64,000 nt of DNA from the human T2T-CHM13v2.0 reference genome, Homo sapiens, in the NCBI RefSeq assembly GCF_009914755.1, contig NC_060933.1; one strand, given 5' to 3'. The notes beneath the pieces are model-generated. The model had not been told where the DNA came from, did no database searches, and saw nothing but the letters and a program-made list of their open reading frames with translations. A program made the position numbers and the translations under genes. Positions 29,098 through 48,875 of the stretch are shown here, piece after piece. The first letter of the stretch is position 1, and each line of letters opens with the position of its first letter.

Positions 29098-29390
29098 GGC
29101 CAGACGTGGTGGCTCACACCTATAATCTCAATACCTTGGGAGGCTGAGGCAGGAGGATTGCTTGAGGCCAGGAGTTCAAGACCAGCCTGGGCAACATAGT
29201 GAGACCCCATGTCTACCAAAAAATAGAAAAAGTAGCCGAACATGGTGGCGTGCATCTGTAGTCCCACCTACTCAGGAGGCTGAGGTGGGAGGCTTCCTTG
29301 AGCCCACGAGTTCAAGGCCGCAGTGAGCTGAGATTGAGCCACTGCACTCCAGCCCGGGTGACAGAGCAAGACTTCATCTCTTTAAAAAAA
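29098..29390 (+). mobile_element. Alu (J family) nested in L1
   Basis: Full dimer. Confidence 0.92.
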
Positions 29391-30215
29391 ATTTTTTTAA
29401 AAAGAAACTGTCTTTGAAGAAGCCCAGATATTTGACTTACTAAACAGAGACTTTCAATCAACTGTCTTAAATATGCTCAAAGACACAAAGAAAGTGAAGG
29501 ACAAAGAACTAAAGAAAATCAAGAGAACAATGTTTTACCTAATAGAAGACATCAATAAAAATATAGAAATGATAAAAAAGGGAACCAAATAGAAAACCTG
29601 GAGTTGAAAATAACTGATATCAAAAATTCACTAAGAGGGGTTCAGTAGCAGATTTGAGCAGGCAGAAGAAAGAATCACCAAATTTGAAGATAGATCAACT
29701 GAGATTATTCAGTCTAAGGAGCAGAAAAAGAAAAGAGTGAAGAAAACTGAACAGAGCCTAGGAGACCTGTGGGATACCCTCAAGCATACCAACATACACA
29801 GAATGGGAGTCCCAGAAAGAGAAGAGAGAAAGAAAGGAGCAGAAAGAATATTTGAAGAAATATTGTCTTATAAGGTCTGGGCTATAAAGAAAAAAATACT
29901 TGAAGAAATAATGGTTGAAAACTCCTCAAAAGTGATAAAGACATGAATGCACATCTAAGAAGCTCGACAAACTCCACATAAAATAAACCTAAAGAGATCC
30001 ACACTCAAACAGATTATAACCAAATTGTTGACAAAGAAACATAGAAAATATTGAGTGCAGCAAGAGGGAAGCAGCTCACTACATATAAGTGATCCTTAAT
30101 AAGATTATTCCCTGATTTATCAGAATGAGGGATGATGTATAGTAACCCTGAAAGAAAAACAATTGTTAATCAAGAATCCTGTATTCAATAAAATTCTCCA
30201 CCAAAACTGAAAGAA

Positions 30216-30820
<605 letters not shown>

Positions 30821-30995
30821 ACTGAAAGAAATCAAGACATTCTCATACAAACAAAAGTTGAGGAAGTTTGCTTCTAGTAGACCTGCCCTATGAGAAATGC
30901 TAAGGGAAATTATTCAGGAAGAAATGAAAGAACACAAGTAACTCTAGCTATACAAAAAAATAAAAAATAAAAACATCAGTAAGGAAACTACATAG

Positions 30996-31371
<376 letters not shown>

Positions 31372-32041
31372 TGATTTAAAAGGCAAATGCATAAAACAAT
31401 AATTATAAATGTATCTGAATGAACACACAATGTATAAAGATATAATGTATGACAATAACAACATAAAGGGAGAAGGTGGAGCTACATAGGAACACAGTGT
31501 TTGTACATTATTTAAGCTAAATTGGTATTAATTCAAACTAAATTATTATAAATTTAGGATGTTAATTATAACCCCCAAGGTAACATTAACAAAATAACTA
31601 AAAATATACATTCATAAAAGGAAATGAGAATCAAAATAATACACTAGAAAAATCAATTAAACATAAGAGAAGACACAGATATGATATAAAGGAAATAAAC
31701 AACAAAATGGCAGAAGCAAGGCCTTACTTACCAGTTTTTTAAAATGTAAATGGATTAAACTCTTCAGTTAAAAGGCAGAGTTAGTGGCATAGATTAAAAA
31801 ACAGACTCCAACTATATAATATCTGCAAGAGACTCAATTTACGTCCAAAGACACAAATAGGATGAAAGTGAAAAGATGGAAAAAGATATTCCATGCAAAT
31901 AGTCATCAAAAGAGAACTGGAGTAGCTATAGAAATATCAGACAAAACAGCCAGTAAGACAAAAATTGTTACTAGAGAGGACATTTTATAGTCATAAAAGG
32001 AACAATGCATCAATAACATATAGCAATTATAAACATATGTG

Positions 32042-32365
<324 letters not shown>

Positions 32366-33855
32366 CTAACAGAATTAAATGGAGAAATAGACAAATCAAC
32401 AATAATAGTTGAGACTTCAATATTTCATTTTCAAAATGGATAGAATAACTAGACAGAAGATCAAGAAGAAAATAGAAGACTTGAAGAGCATCATACACCA
32501 ACTAGACATAATAGACATCTGTAGAGCACTTTATTCAACACTATTCTTCTGAAGTGCACATGGATCATTCTCAAGGCTAAACCATGTTAGGCCACAAAAC
32601 AAATCACAGTAAATTTTAAAAGATTTAAATCATATAAAGTATATTCTAGGTCAAAATAGAATGAAATTAGAAATAAATAACAAGGAAATTGACTCAAAAT
32701 GTTATGAAAATAACAAGTAAATTACCTCAAAATAGACCTAAATATAAGAGCTAAAACCCTAAACCTCTTAGAAGAACTCATAGGAGTAAATCTTCATGAC
32801 CTTGGATTGGGCCATTGTTTCTTGGCTATGAAACCAAAAACACAAGCAATGAAAGAAAAATAGATAAATTGGACTTCATCAAAATTGGAAAATTTTTGCC
32901 TCAAGGGACATAATCAAAAGTACAAAAAGACAACCCACAAAATGGGAGAAAATATTTGCAAATCATGTATCTGATAAAGGTCTACTGTCCAGAATATGTG
33001 AACAACTCTTACTACTTAACAACAAAAAAATAAACAACCCATAACGAGCAAAGGACTTGAAGAGCTATTTCTTCAAAGAAGTTTAAAAATGGCCATGAAG
33101 CACATAAAGAGATGCTCAATGTCATTAGGGAATTGCAAATCAAAACCACAAGGAGATACCACTTCAAACCCACTAGAATGACTATACTCAAACAAATAGA
33201 CAATAAGAAGTGTTGACGAGAACACTCATACATTGCTGGTGAGAATGTAAAATGGTGCCACCACTTGGAAAACAGTTTGGCAGTTTCTCGATAAGTTAAA
33301 CATAGAATTACCATGGGATGCAGGTATATATCCCAAATGATTGAAAACAGGTGTTCAAAGAAAAACTTGCTCACAAATGTTCATAGTAGCATTATTCACG
33401 ATAACCAAAAAGTAGAAATAACTAATGTCCATCAGCTGATGAATGATAAGCAAAATGTTGTATATCCATACAACAAAATACTACTCAGCTGTAAAAAGAA
33501 ATGAGGTACTCATACATGCAACAACATGGATGAACCTTGAAAACATGATGCTAAGGGGAAAAAGCCAGACACAAATGGCCACATATTGTATGATTCCATG
33601 TATATGAAATATCTAAAATAGGCAAAATCCATAGAAACAGAAAGCACATTCATGCTTATCAGGCACTGGGGAAATTGGGAATTACTGCTTATTGGAAATA
33701 CGGTTTCCTTTTTGGGTAATGAAAATATTCTGGAACTGTATAGTGGTGATGGGTGCAAAACTTTGTGGATGAACTAAATACCACTGAATTGTACACTTTA
33801 AAATGGTTAAAATGGTAAATTTTATGTTATATATATTTTACCAGAATAAAAATAA

Positions 33856-34086
33856 AGACATACAGAAAAGTTAGAAGAATAGTTCAAAGAATTTTTATAT
33901 ATACCCTTCATCTACATTCCCTAAATGTTAGTATTTTAATGCATTTGCTTTTTCTCCTCATTTCCACTCCTCTATCCTTCTTCCCTTCTCCTTCCCCTTC
34001 CCCTGCTTCCCTTTTCCTACCTCTCCCTCCCTCTCTCTTGCTCTGTCTCCATTTCTCTCTGTCTCCATCTCTCTTGGTCTCTCTCT

Positions 34087-34128
<42 letters not shown>

Positions 34129-35200
34129 GCATTTTACAGACCTTCTTTAAATTTTAACAGTTGTCCCACTAATGTTCTTTATGGAAAAAAGCTTTTTTTT
34201 TTTCTGGTCAACAATCCAATCTAGGATCACACATTGCATTTCATTTTCATGTCTCTTTAATCTCTTTTAACTTGGAGCAATTGCACAGTCTTTTGTTGTC
34301 ATTCATGACCTTGATGTATTTGAAGAGTCAGGCCATTTATTTTCTAGAATGACCTTCAATTTCGGTTTGTCTAAAGCTTCCTCATGATTAGATCCAAGGT
34401 ATGCCTTTTTGGCAGGAATACCACAGAAGGCATAACTGTGTCCTTCTCAGTGCATCATATCAGGAGGCACATGATCTCGTTTGTCCCATTACTGTGTGCT
34501 AACTTTGATCATTTGGCTAAGGTGGATCTTCCTGGTCTCTCCAATGTAAATGTACTGTTTCTCCCTTTGTAATTAATAAGTATCTTGTGGAGACATATTT
34601 TGAGACTATGTAAAAGTCCTATTTCTCATCAACTTTTCACATTATCTATTCACATTCTTCTCTGAAACAGCTATTACTGGTGTTTTCATATAATGATGAT
34701 TTTCTAATTTCATCATTCTTCCTATATTTATTAGCTGGTGTTCTACTGTAAGGAAAATCTCTTCTCACCCACTTAGTTTTTCATCAAATAAATATTTATT
34801 CATCAAATAATATATATGTTAAATAACGTTTTAATTAGTCATCAAATACATATTTATTTGTTGAATAAATATTGATTATTCATCAAATAAATAAATATCA
34901 AATCCCAGATTGTTACTTTTTTCTGTTATCCTCATTTATTTTTATGCCCACATTGTCTCAGATTTAGCCAATGGGAGCCCATTCAAGCTGGCTCCTGTAC
35001 TTTTGATCTGTCCCCATCATTCTTTGAGTACTTCCTTATTCACTGACGCAACCAGATGTTCCAAGCTCATCTTATGCTTTCCTGGTTTCAACTCTGTAAT
35101 CAGCCAAGTCTTCAAGTGAGCCCTGGTTCCTTTTAATGGAAACTGGTATTTGGAAACCAAGGTCTGGGCACAATATGTGCTTTTGTGGTAGCTATTTGAT
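33856..35200 (-). mobile_element. Old L1 (L1MC-like) 3' region containing a (TC)n/(TG)n tract at ~33960-34130
   Basis: L1MC-like motifs (ttttggcaggaataccacagaag, catatcaggaggcacatga, aggtctgggc). Confidence 0.7.
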
Positions 35201-35240
35201 AATAGCGACCACATGATATACAGCAGGAGAAAGGAAATGA

Positions 35241-35543
<303 letters not shown>

Positions 35544-35822
35544 TACTCTGCATTACTTTTTATAGGTCAATCCACACCTGGAATATAAATGAATGAGAGT
35601 GTTTTCAGAGACAAGCCTAGAGAAGATATCTACTGGGAAAAGAGACATCTTGGGGTAGAGAAAGGGAAAAGCAATGATTACTATATTCAAATATCTAAAG
35701 GGATGTTGTAGAAAAAATGGTGTCTATAGTCATGTCCTGAGCCCCTAAAGGGTTCTAATGGTTGGAAAAAGAGACTTCTGTTTCATCAGTCAATTAACAT
35801 ATGTTAATCACCTATTACTATC

Positions 35823-36340
35823 AGGCTGTGGCAGTGAGTGCTGATTGCCCTGCTATTGCTCTTCTGCCCATCTTTTTCATGAATATAACCCAGATATCAT
35901 TCTGGTTAGCAAAATGCCTTACTAAAATACTCACCTTTCCATACTTCCCTGAAGCTTGAAGTGGTCGTATGACATAGTTCTGCCCAATGAGATATAAGCT
36001 GAAGAATACTGGCAATTTCCAAGAAAATTTCGCCTTCCCAATATAGGTGCCGCCCATCTTCCTGGTTTTCCCCTTCTCTGGCCTGTCTGGAATGCAGATG
36101 TGATCCTACTTGAAAGAACAAAAGACATATTACAAACACCAACAGAACCACAGACCAAAGATGGCAGAACCAAAAGATAGAAGGAGCCTGGTTCCCAGAA
36201 AGCATTCTTGCCTGATTTCTCCACAGTTGGGCTTGATGTCTTCTGGGCTTACTGTTACATGAGAAGAATGAATCCCTTTCTTGTTTAAGCCACTATAATA
36301 GGTTTCTGTTAAATGCAGCTGAGATGCAGTCCTAATCCAG
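35823..36340 (+). mobile_element. MaLR LTR (MLT1-type)
   Basis: MLT1 motifs gatggcagaacc...gaaggagcctgg and ttgtttaagccact...ttctgtta..tgcagc. Confidence 0.75.
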
Positions 36341-36369
36341 GCACTATGCTAAGTCCTAGGAGGGGAAAG

Positions 36370-36382
36370 GCCACCTAGTGGA
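36370..36382 (-). promoter_or_regulatory. Candidate CTCF site
   Basis: Reverse complement TCCACTAGGTGGC matches the CTCF core CCASYAGRKGGC. Confidence 0.5.
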
Positions 36383-36589
36383 GTCACTGGCTTTTCCTGC
36401 CTATCAGACAGAATGTGAGGAAGACTTCCTAAAAACTGGAACACTACCAAGATGGACTTAACCCCAGGAGAAGACGTGATCCCCCTGACTACGAAGGAAT
36501 GTGTGTAGAGGCTGGGTGGTACTTTTGCAGCTGGGATGTTGTAAAGCAGTATTGAGCACAGAGTGAAAGGCTAATTCAATGACCTTTAA

Positions 36590-36995
<406 letters not shown>

Positions 36996-37289
36996 GACAG
37001 TTAGTGTTTTTTAGCTGTAGTCTGCATTTGGATCGATGATTTTCATTAAAGTTCCTAAGAATGCATGCTCCCTCAGCACCCCCTGGGTAAACATGTTATA
37101 GCAATTTTAAGTTTCTAATGAAATTTTTGTTGTAATTTATTTGTAGCAATCTAATTTATCCCTTTTTTTACGACTAGAATTTTTATTTATCTTGGATTTA
37201 CAAAGTTAATATTGCCGTAAAACATAGCAGCATTTTAATTTTTAGATAGTAATAGATTTATTATTTTTATCTGTGTTTAAAATCATAGT

Positions 37290-37468
37290 AGTCTGGGCAC
37301 CGTGGTGCACAACTGCAGTGCCAGCTACTCAAAAGGCTAAGGCAGGAAGATCTCTTGAGCCCAGGAGTTCTAGGCTGTAGTACGTGATGAACACACCTGT
37401 GAATAGCCACTGCACTCCAGCCTGGGCAACATGGCGAGACCCTGCTAGAACAAAAAAGAAAAAAAAAC
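37290..37468 (+). mobile_element. FAM-like fossil Alu monomer
   Basis: Monomer retaining the 7SL-derived cctgtgaatagccactgcactccagcctggg, with A tail. Confidence 0.8.
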
Positions 37469-37949
37469 CATAGGAATAAGATGCATTTTCACCACTTTGG
37501 AATGTTTATGTCCCATAAACTAACCATTAGGGATCTGTTTATTGGCAGAGTTTCTGTAAATATATGAATGCTCTTGATGAGAAAAGGAGATTTTTTTTTC
37601 CTCTCAGAGTGGAAGCCAGGTTCTTTGGTGGGATACTCACCCATCAAACATAAGAAAGGAAAGGTCAAGACTTTACTGGGTTCTATGGTTGATCCCAAGC
37701 CTGAGATAGGAGGATGAGCTGCACAACTTTGTGAAGGTAGCCAAGGGTAACTGGGAAGTTATTAAGGGCACAATAGAGGTTTATTGAGTGAATCAACAAA
37801 TGAATCCTTTGGCAGCCTGATTGTTTCTGAGTAGGTGATTTTGAACAGCCCACAGTTCAAAGATTTCTCAAAGCCCACAGTTTTGAGAAATCAGTGTTTC
37901 TCAAAAGGCATCACAATAGGGGGTGCAAGGAAGGTAAAAAAGGCAGCGT

Positions 37950-38080
37950 TTAAAACAGAAATTACTCAGGGTCTCACTTCTACCTGCTGAATCAGAATCT
38001 CTGCAGCCAGCAGACAGAAATCTGCATTTTAACAAACCCCAACCCAGTCCAGAGGATTCTGCTGTATAATAAACTTTGCT
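37950..38080. mobile_element. MER5-like DNA transposon fragment
   Basis: cctgctgaatcagaatctctg...aatctgcattttaacaa motif. A similar fragment lies at ~3400-3520. Confidence 0.6.
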
Positions 38081-38536
38081 AACTATGGACACGCATGCTG
38101 TTCCAGCTGAAGTTTCCACGGAGGGACGGAACCTTAGAGGGAGGCAGGAGTTCCAGCTGGAGCAGGATTTTGGGGTGGTCGTCCTTGAGAGGGCAGCCAT
38201 AGTACATGTGCTTGTCTCTAGCGACACCTGCTGGTTGAGAGTGACAATTAACAACCCCTGAAACTACACAGGTGTTTTCTCTAATGGGGCCTCCAATACT
38301 AAAGGCATTTAGTGTTTGCATTCTAACAGCGGTAATTAACATACCAAAAGCCCCAGATATGGGACACTAACTTTTATATGTGTATCCTCTTTTCACTAGC
38401 TTTCAGGTAGAAACAATATATACTTGAAGAATATTGTCCTTCGATTATCTTACATGTTTCTTAGAATGAATGTTCCCGTTTTACGTTCATTTGAAAAAAG
38501 ATCAACTTTTGGATATTCTCTGAAAGGATTGACTGA

Positions 38537-38853
<317 letters not shown>

Positions 38854-40359
38854 TAGGGAATTTGTTCTCTGTTATTGTTTTATGGAAATAAGAAGAAGCT
38901 AATTCTTATCTGACATCAAAGACTCCAGGCAAGATAAAAAAAAAAAAAAGTACCATGATATCTTAGAGAAAAATTGGTTCTTCTACTTTCCTGAGCACCT
39001 ACTATATGCCAGTATTCCTCTCAGGGAGGCTCACAGTTGAGGGATGGAGAGGGGATAGGTGTGGTCAGTGTAGCAATAGAAGTGTGTATAATGTGTCACA
39101 GTAGTTGGGGGTGGGGGCAACAATTCATTCCATTGGGGTGGGTCAAGGAATAAATTGAGGCCTAGGGGAAAAGTGTGATCTTCCAAATCCTCCACAGACA
39201 TCGCCAGATCTGAAGTTCCCAGAAAAGAGACTGGTGTGTGCTAAGGCATAAAGGTGTGAAATAGCATTTGCGGCATATGCACTTGGAAAGCAGTAACCTC
39301 CAAATAATATGTTCTTATAAAGTGTGAGGCTGGAAATGATAAGAGATGAGGCCAAGGAGTCAGGCCACGTCTCACCCACCTGCCAAGAAGGTTAGATTTT
39401 ATCCTGTAGGTGGTGAATAACCACAGAATAGTTTAAATTTAAGATTTGCTTTTTATCAGGTTGTTTGTCCCACTTGACTATCCATGCACAAAGTATAGAA
39501 CCTCCTATTTATCTGACAGTGGTCAAAACTGAGTCAAAAGGCCTAAGATTATATCTATTAATTGAGAATTTCATGCAGATTAAACACAAAAAGTCCCAGT
39601 CCCTTTGGAAAGTAACTTAGCATTCTGGTAATTACATTTGACCTGTGTGCTGTAAAAGGTTTTGGTTTTGGTTTTAGTTTTAATGTAGATATTTAACAGA
39701 GCTGAATTTCTGTGCCTTTTATGTGTGAGCTGCTGCACTGCCTCCTCTCCTTGTCCTAACAGGGACTCACACACAGCATTCCCCTCACACAGACCCCAGA
39801 AAATCCCATCGGTGTCCTTACTGGGGCCAAACACTGAGCACTGGTTCCTAGAACCTGAGGCATGAAATAAACCAATTCATTGTTTTCTGCATAATTTCAC
39901 ATGCTTTTAAAATAATAAGTGATAATGGATACATTACCATGTTGCCTTTCACAACAGGGTAAGATGCTCACTTTGTGGTCGTACACATGATCAGGACCTT
40001 CCCTCATGGAAGAAGGATAAAGAAACCTTGTTTCACCCTCCTCCCTCCTGCTTGGTCTTCAGCCATACCATGCATGTCTTTATGCACTTATCATGGTCTG
40101 GTGGAAAAGCATGGAATTTGGAATCTGATGGACTTGAGTTTGGATCTTGCCCACCCCATCACCTTGCCAAGTTCCTTAACTTCTCTTTCTTTACCTGGCA
40201 AAAGGAGCTAATAATGCCTTCTCTTGAAGACTGAGTGAAAAGTGTGATTATATCCTGAAACCAGTGCCCAACACACAGCAGATTCTTAATAAATGCTAGT
40301 CCTTTCCATTCTTTTTCTATCTTGCCCTTGATATCAGTGAGCCATCAGAAGGCCAGGAA

Positions 40360-41012
<653 letters not shown>

Positions 41013-42272
41013 TTAAAAGACCAGGAAGCTCACAGCCTTCAGTTCACACTGCAACAGTAGTAATTGGCCATTAGATCATGCTGTTCAGTGTTGTCCTATG
41101 GGGCTTACCTCTGGAACAGGTTAATTAAATAAAATCACACTTCTTAGCTTACAGATTTTCTGTCTTGATGTCTTTGTAAAGATTTTGAGCTGTTTTGGGT
41201 ATGGAGTCTGACAGTCATTAACTAGCCCCCACCCTTCCCACTCCCCTGTTGTTCCAAGAGGACCCCAGTTCTGTCAATATTTGCTCACCACTAGATGTGG
41301 GCCACAACCCTGAAATGATTCCCAAAGCCAGGCCTTCCTGGCCTATGGGTTAAGCTGCCCCAGTTGCACAGATAAGCAGCTTGTGCCTGACTGGCCTGCC
41401 CCCAAATCAGGAGAGAATCTCTTAGCCACTCGTGCTGAAATGTGACTTTCTTATTAGCAGATATTGTCTAACAGACTGTGGATTCTTGCTCATTGGCCAA
41501 GTCAACAGCCTAAAGGACCTTACTCTCAAAAATTTAGGTAAAAGTTAATCTTTGACTTAGAGGGACAACATTTTTGGGGACAGTCTTCATTGCATGTAGT
41601 TTGCTCTGTTTGCACTCATCTACTCTTAATGTAACATCCTGGAAATGCCAAGATGTTGGCAGATTGTAACTGAACAAAATTTGGCAGTGAACTTGACAAT
41701 CAAAATAGAGCCAAGTGACAAAAGTTTGAAAAGACACAAAAGAAAAAGATTTACAAGCTGAAGAACGCTAGAGTTAGCATAGAGACATATGGTTATAGAA
41801 AAAAATGCGAGTTTGCAAAGCTGTAGCACAGAACAGCACTAATATAAATGCCTGCTCAAATGTGGCTGCAAGACAAAGCTGGTGCCTGATATGGGGAGAT
41901 AATGATGATCCTGAAATATTACCCTGCTGTATTTGTACTTGAAGGATTTTAAAGTATGTTCAAAGTAAATTTTATCTGTGTTTAATAAGCTCACAGGATA
42001 AGAAAGGAGATTGTGCCTTCATTGTAGTTTTATAAAGAGAGTATCTTTCAAGACATACACAAGACAGGAAAAGGAAAACCAGTCTTTGGAAAGACCATAT
42101 GTTGCAATCTGAGAATTAGAAGGTTTGAACATCTATATTCCGAGAAGCCTCTTATTTGCTTTGGAACTCCCAACTTACAGGTATAGCCAACTGTTAATTA
42201 TTAATACAAATTAATTTAGTAATTTCTACCTTCTACCTAGTTCAGAAGTTCTCTTAGAAGGCCATGTATTTC

Positions 42273-42578
42273 TAGCTGGGCGCGGTGGCCCACGCCTGTA
42301 ATAATACCACTTTGGGAGGCCGAGGTGGGTGGATCACCTGAGGTCAGGAGTTCGAGACCAGCCTGACCAATATGATGAAACCTCATCTCTACTAAAAATA
42401 CAAAAATTAGCCGGGCATGGTGGCATGTGCCTGTAATCCAGCTACTCTGGAGGCTGAGACAGGAGAATCACTTGAACCCGGGAGTCAGAGGTAGCAGTGA
42501 GCCGAGGTTGCACCATTGCACTCCAGCCTGGGCCATAATAGTGAAACTCTGTCTCAAAAAAAAAAAAAAAAAAAAAAA
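42273..42578 (+). mobile_element. Alu (S family)
   Basis: Full dimer. Confidence 0.95.
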
Positions 42579-43220
42579 GAAGGCAATATGTTTCCATGCT
42601 GCCTGCTCTGAGAGTTGAGAGCAAAATCTGTTGCTTCCTACCTCCCATGCAGTGCTCCTTGCCCTGTCTTCTGGAACAGCAAGTGCCTATGCCGTTCAGC
42701 AGTTCTTCGAGCATTTGATTAGAGGAAGCATTTGATTAGAGTTCTCTTTTGTCTGCCATTATTCAGAACAAATGCATGGTCTCCAAGCCCTCCCCATCCA
42801 GGATCCCCGACCCTGACCCTAGCAGAATGCGCCCTATTGCCTTGCATCACCCCAAGGTTTTGGCAGGAACAGAGGAAAGAGGCCAAATGTCCTATTTTAC
42901 TTCTTGTTAGAGTTCTAGAAAGACCAAGGCAGTGAAAACACTTGATTAAATAAAAGTCAGGAAAATTGGTGACTTTTTTTATTTACAAAATGTCGGCGTT
43001 CTCTTGGGCATGGGAAATTAAAGTTACAAACACTCTTTCCTTTGTCCCGGAGACATGTGCATGGTGAGGTAAAAGGGAGAGTTACAAAGACTCTTTTCTT
43101 TCACTGAGAATCATGCATCCCTTTTTAATATATCTCTTTCTTTTCTTTCAAATTAAAAATGTGCCAGAAAGTTGAGCTGATTATGAGTCAGTGCCAAGCT
43201 TATCCAAAATGGATGTTCTA

Positions 43221-43534
<314 letters not shown>

Positions 43535-44224
43535 GGTCTAGATAGACGTGCTGTTGTGTTGCTTTGATGTCCTACTGAGTTAAGCACTGCAAGAGTCCAT
43601 TCAGAAAGACACAGATATATAGCATAATTTTGATAAATAAAAACAATTCAGAAAATGTTGAATAAAGTAACAAATATCCAGAGTTCCATAGGTTTAACCG
43701 TATCATATATTTTTAAAAGGCAGGTGTTAAGCGTTTTAAAAACTATTTCACCTTAAAATTATTTATTTTCCTTATAAAACAATACCTGGAAGTGGTTCCT
43801 CTGGTTTTCAAATATATGATGTGATAAATGGAATGCATTAATATTTTATGAATTAGATGTGCTGGAATGGCATACATTGCTCCTGGAACAGCTATCATTT
43901 ACTGAACACTTTTTCTCCTTTTGCCTAGTAAGCAAAAGCCACTGTGCTAAGGGCTTTCTAGGCATTATCTTTAAATCCTTGTAAGAATCATGAGACAGAG
44001 AGTGGTTCCCATTTTAAAGTTGAGATCACAATGACTCAGAAACTTAAGTTATATTACTAGAGGTCAGAGAGCCTCTGGCAAGTTATTCAACTAAGCATTA
44101 GAGCCACCGTCATTAAAAGAGTTCTGGATTACAGGAGTTTATATAGTAACCCACATTCAGAGAATAGAGCAGCGACACTCATAATCCAATCTTGCATTAG
44201 GTTCACAAGACTTCAGAAATCTCT

Positions 44225-44528
<304 letters not shown>

Positions 44529-44922
44529 AGGAATCTGCTTTGAATTCCTTCAGCACACTGGTGCATTGTCAGTATTTTTCAGTCTTGCACAGGCCTAACT
44601 TTTCCAGTAAGTTCGGACCTCTGGTAGAAGTGACTACAGTACTGAGCATACTCAAGTGTTTCACTGAGTGCCAGTTGAGAGAGGTGACAGCGTTAGGTTG
44701 GACTCTCCTACCTGAGTGATGACAATAAGGAAGTCCACCAACTTCCTTTTTATCCTCAAGGTCAGAGTTACATCTAGCAACTTAGGTACTCAAGCCAAGT
44801 AGTTAGAAATTTCCCCTTAAATCAGCAGGGTGGAAGCTGGTCCCTCTGTACTGCACAGAAAGGGGCCCTCATGATCTCATGATGCAGGACTCCTGCCCTG
44901 ACCTTGGGCCTCCTGCTCCATC

Positions 44923-45227
<305 letters not shown>

Positions 45228-45799
45228 CCATCCTTTATCAGCGGCCATGAGACAGATCCCTGGATAGGACAGACCTACCTCATATGCTGGAGAATTGCTG
45301 TGGCCATTTGGCTAATTAGAGGGCCAAATTTGCATTGTAAAATGGTACCCACTAAATTATAATTCCCTGGGGGCAAAGCCTATTTTCAGTGTCCTACTTC
45401 TGGTTTGCGTGAAGTTGAACATTTTTTCTTACAAACTCTCAGTGGCACCACCAATTTAAATAAAGAGGGAATTTTAGCTTATCTTGTCTGGTGTCCAGAA
45501 TCAAACAAGTTTGTGGGTAGAATATCCAAGTCACTCATGTTAAAAACTCTAGAGTTCTCCATTACACTTCCTTCTCCCCGATCATCTCCTAACCCCTAGC
45601 AAGGAGCAAAGTTAGATTTATGTCAGGCCCTGTGTGGGACATAGTAGGTACTTATTGAATGAACAAAGGAAAACTGGGACGGAAGGAAAGAGGGAGGGAG
45701 ACAGAATTTGAGTGTTTGAAATCTACTCTTATGTTAACAGTGTGAGGAAACAGCTCTTTTGAAAGTCATTTGGAAACGTGTATTAAAAATCTCAAGAAT

Positions 45800-46130
<331 letters not shown>

Positions 46131-47281
46131 TCAAGAATGTGCACATTTTTATCCAGCAATTCTGTGTTTAGAAATTAAGGACATGTGAAAAGATTTTGCT
46201 GCAAATCAGACTATTGTTCCTTGTTATAAAATATTGCAGCCAACCTGAATACCCAACAATAGAGAATCAGGTGAATGAATTATAATACATCTAAACCGCT
46301 TCTTCCTCTAACCTTTCATATCTCAGTAAATAGTAACACTGTTAAACCAGTTGTTCAAGCTGGTAACCTAGAATCATTAAATTTCCCTTTCTTTCAACTT
46401 GTCATTTTGAGTCTTGCCATTTTCCAAAATATACAAGGAGTCATCTTATAGATGTATTAACTTATGAGAGCAATAGATGTCATCAAGCCTAAAAGCCAAT
46501 CTATCAAGAAAATCTGAATGCTTTTAAGGGTTTACTCACCATGGATATAGAAGGAAACATTGTTCAAGTAACCAGGTAAGTGGGTGTTGATTCCAACATC
46601 ATGGAAGATGAAATTAAATTAATTGAGAGCCATAGGGAAATATGGACAAGGAAAAATTAAAAATAATAATATAGGGCTGCATACATAAAACACATATGTA
46701 CAGTATTGTACTTTATGGATGATTTAAGAGATTTTTCAGAGTTAATTTTGATTAGATGCAATCAGTACAATCTTTAGATCCTGAACACCAGGCTCCCTGC
46801 TCTTGCCCTCCTCTCTCTGGTCCTCTTCCATGGGGCAAGGAGTCCACCATGGGATTAAGGGGACAGGCCCACCCTAAGCCTAATACCACTCTCCAGAATC
46901 CTAGTACCCTAGAACTCCCTCCCAAGACAAGGCCTGTATGAGTTTCTTCTCCAGATACTTCTTCCTAAGGATGGATACTGGCTGTGATTGTAGCAGGAGA
47001 TGTGGCTGGAGCTTGCCCTTGTGGGCTCAGGTGTCCACAGGTAAGCGTGAGCAGCCCCTCCTAGTGTGGGCTGGGGCGAGGAGTGGGAAGAGAATGGGAG
47101 CAGAGTCTTCCATTTGTCCTCTTGCCTCAGACCTCACTAATGTTAGTAGTCATCCTGAATGCAATGTTTACTGCTAACTAGTCATACTAACTAACTTTCT
47201 CAGTCCCATATAGGATATGATCCCATTAGATCTCAACTTCAACTATTATATCAACAATGGTGATAAATAATTAGTATTTTA

Positions 47282-47626
<345 letters not shown>

Positions 47627-47902
47627 CTAACTACACTCACATTTTGTTAACTTAAATAACCATGGTAACACCTCACAGATTTTTAAACACATATATTTGG
47701 AATATATGGTAAATATGTATGTAGTATATATTCATATTTTAAAAACAAAAATGATTGTATTACCATAAAACCTACTTTTTTCACTTAAAGTTATATCATG
47801 TACAACATTCTATGTCAGTAATACCCATCGAACACACTATTTTTGGTGACTAAATGGCATTCCATTATATAGATTCCTTAATGCACACATACTATTGTAC
47901 TA

Positions 47903-48650
<748 letters not shown>

Positions 48651-48861
48651 TTAGAAAGCTTACTCTGCCTGTTCTGTGTAGGAGAATGGGTTGGGGCTCT
48701 GATGTAAGATGAAAGACTAGTTAGATGAGTATTTCAGTAGTCCAAAGGAGATGATGGGGACATATAGGAGAATATTTGTGTAATTTGGCCTTTCTATATA
48801 AACCATTTAATACTTCAAAATAAAATCTCAAATTTTCTGGGCTATATAATGCATTACTAAT

Positions 48862-48875
48862 TCCACTAGGTGGCA
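48862..48875 (+). promoter_or_regulatory. Candidate CTCF site
   Basis: TCCACTAGGTGGCA matches the CTCF core. Confidence 0.55.

Noticed and set aside
29737-29946. ORF with coiled-coil/RRM-like content
   Set aside because: Remnant of L1 ORF1p within a frameshifted, Alu-interrupted L1, not a host gene.
37290-37468. 7SL RNA gene-like segment
   Set aside because: Lacks most of the S domain and is diverged with an A tail, so it is a FAM-type Alu monomer.
41450-42240. Purine-rich, unique-looking stretch resembling decayed coding sequence
   Set aside because: No sustained ORF, poly(A) tail/TSD or recognisable homology by eye. Dfam/tblastx would be needed.
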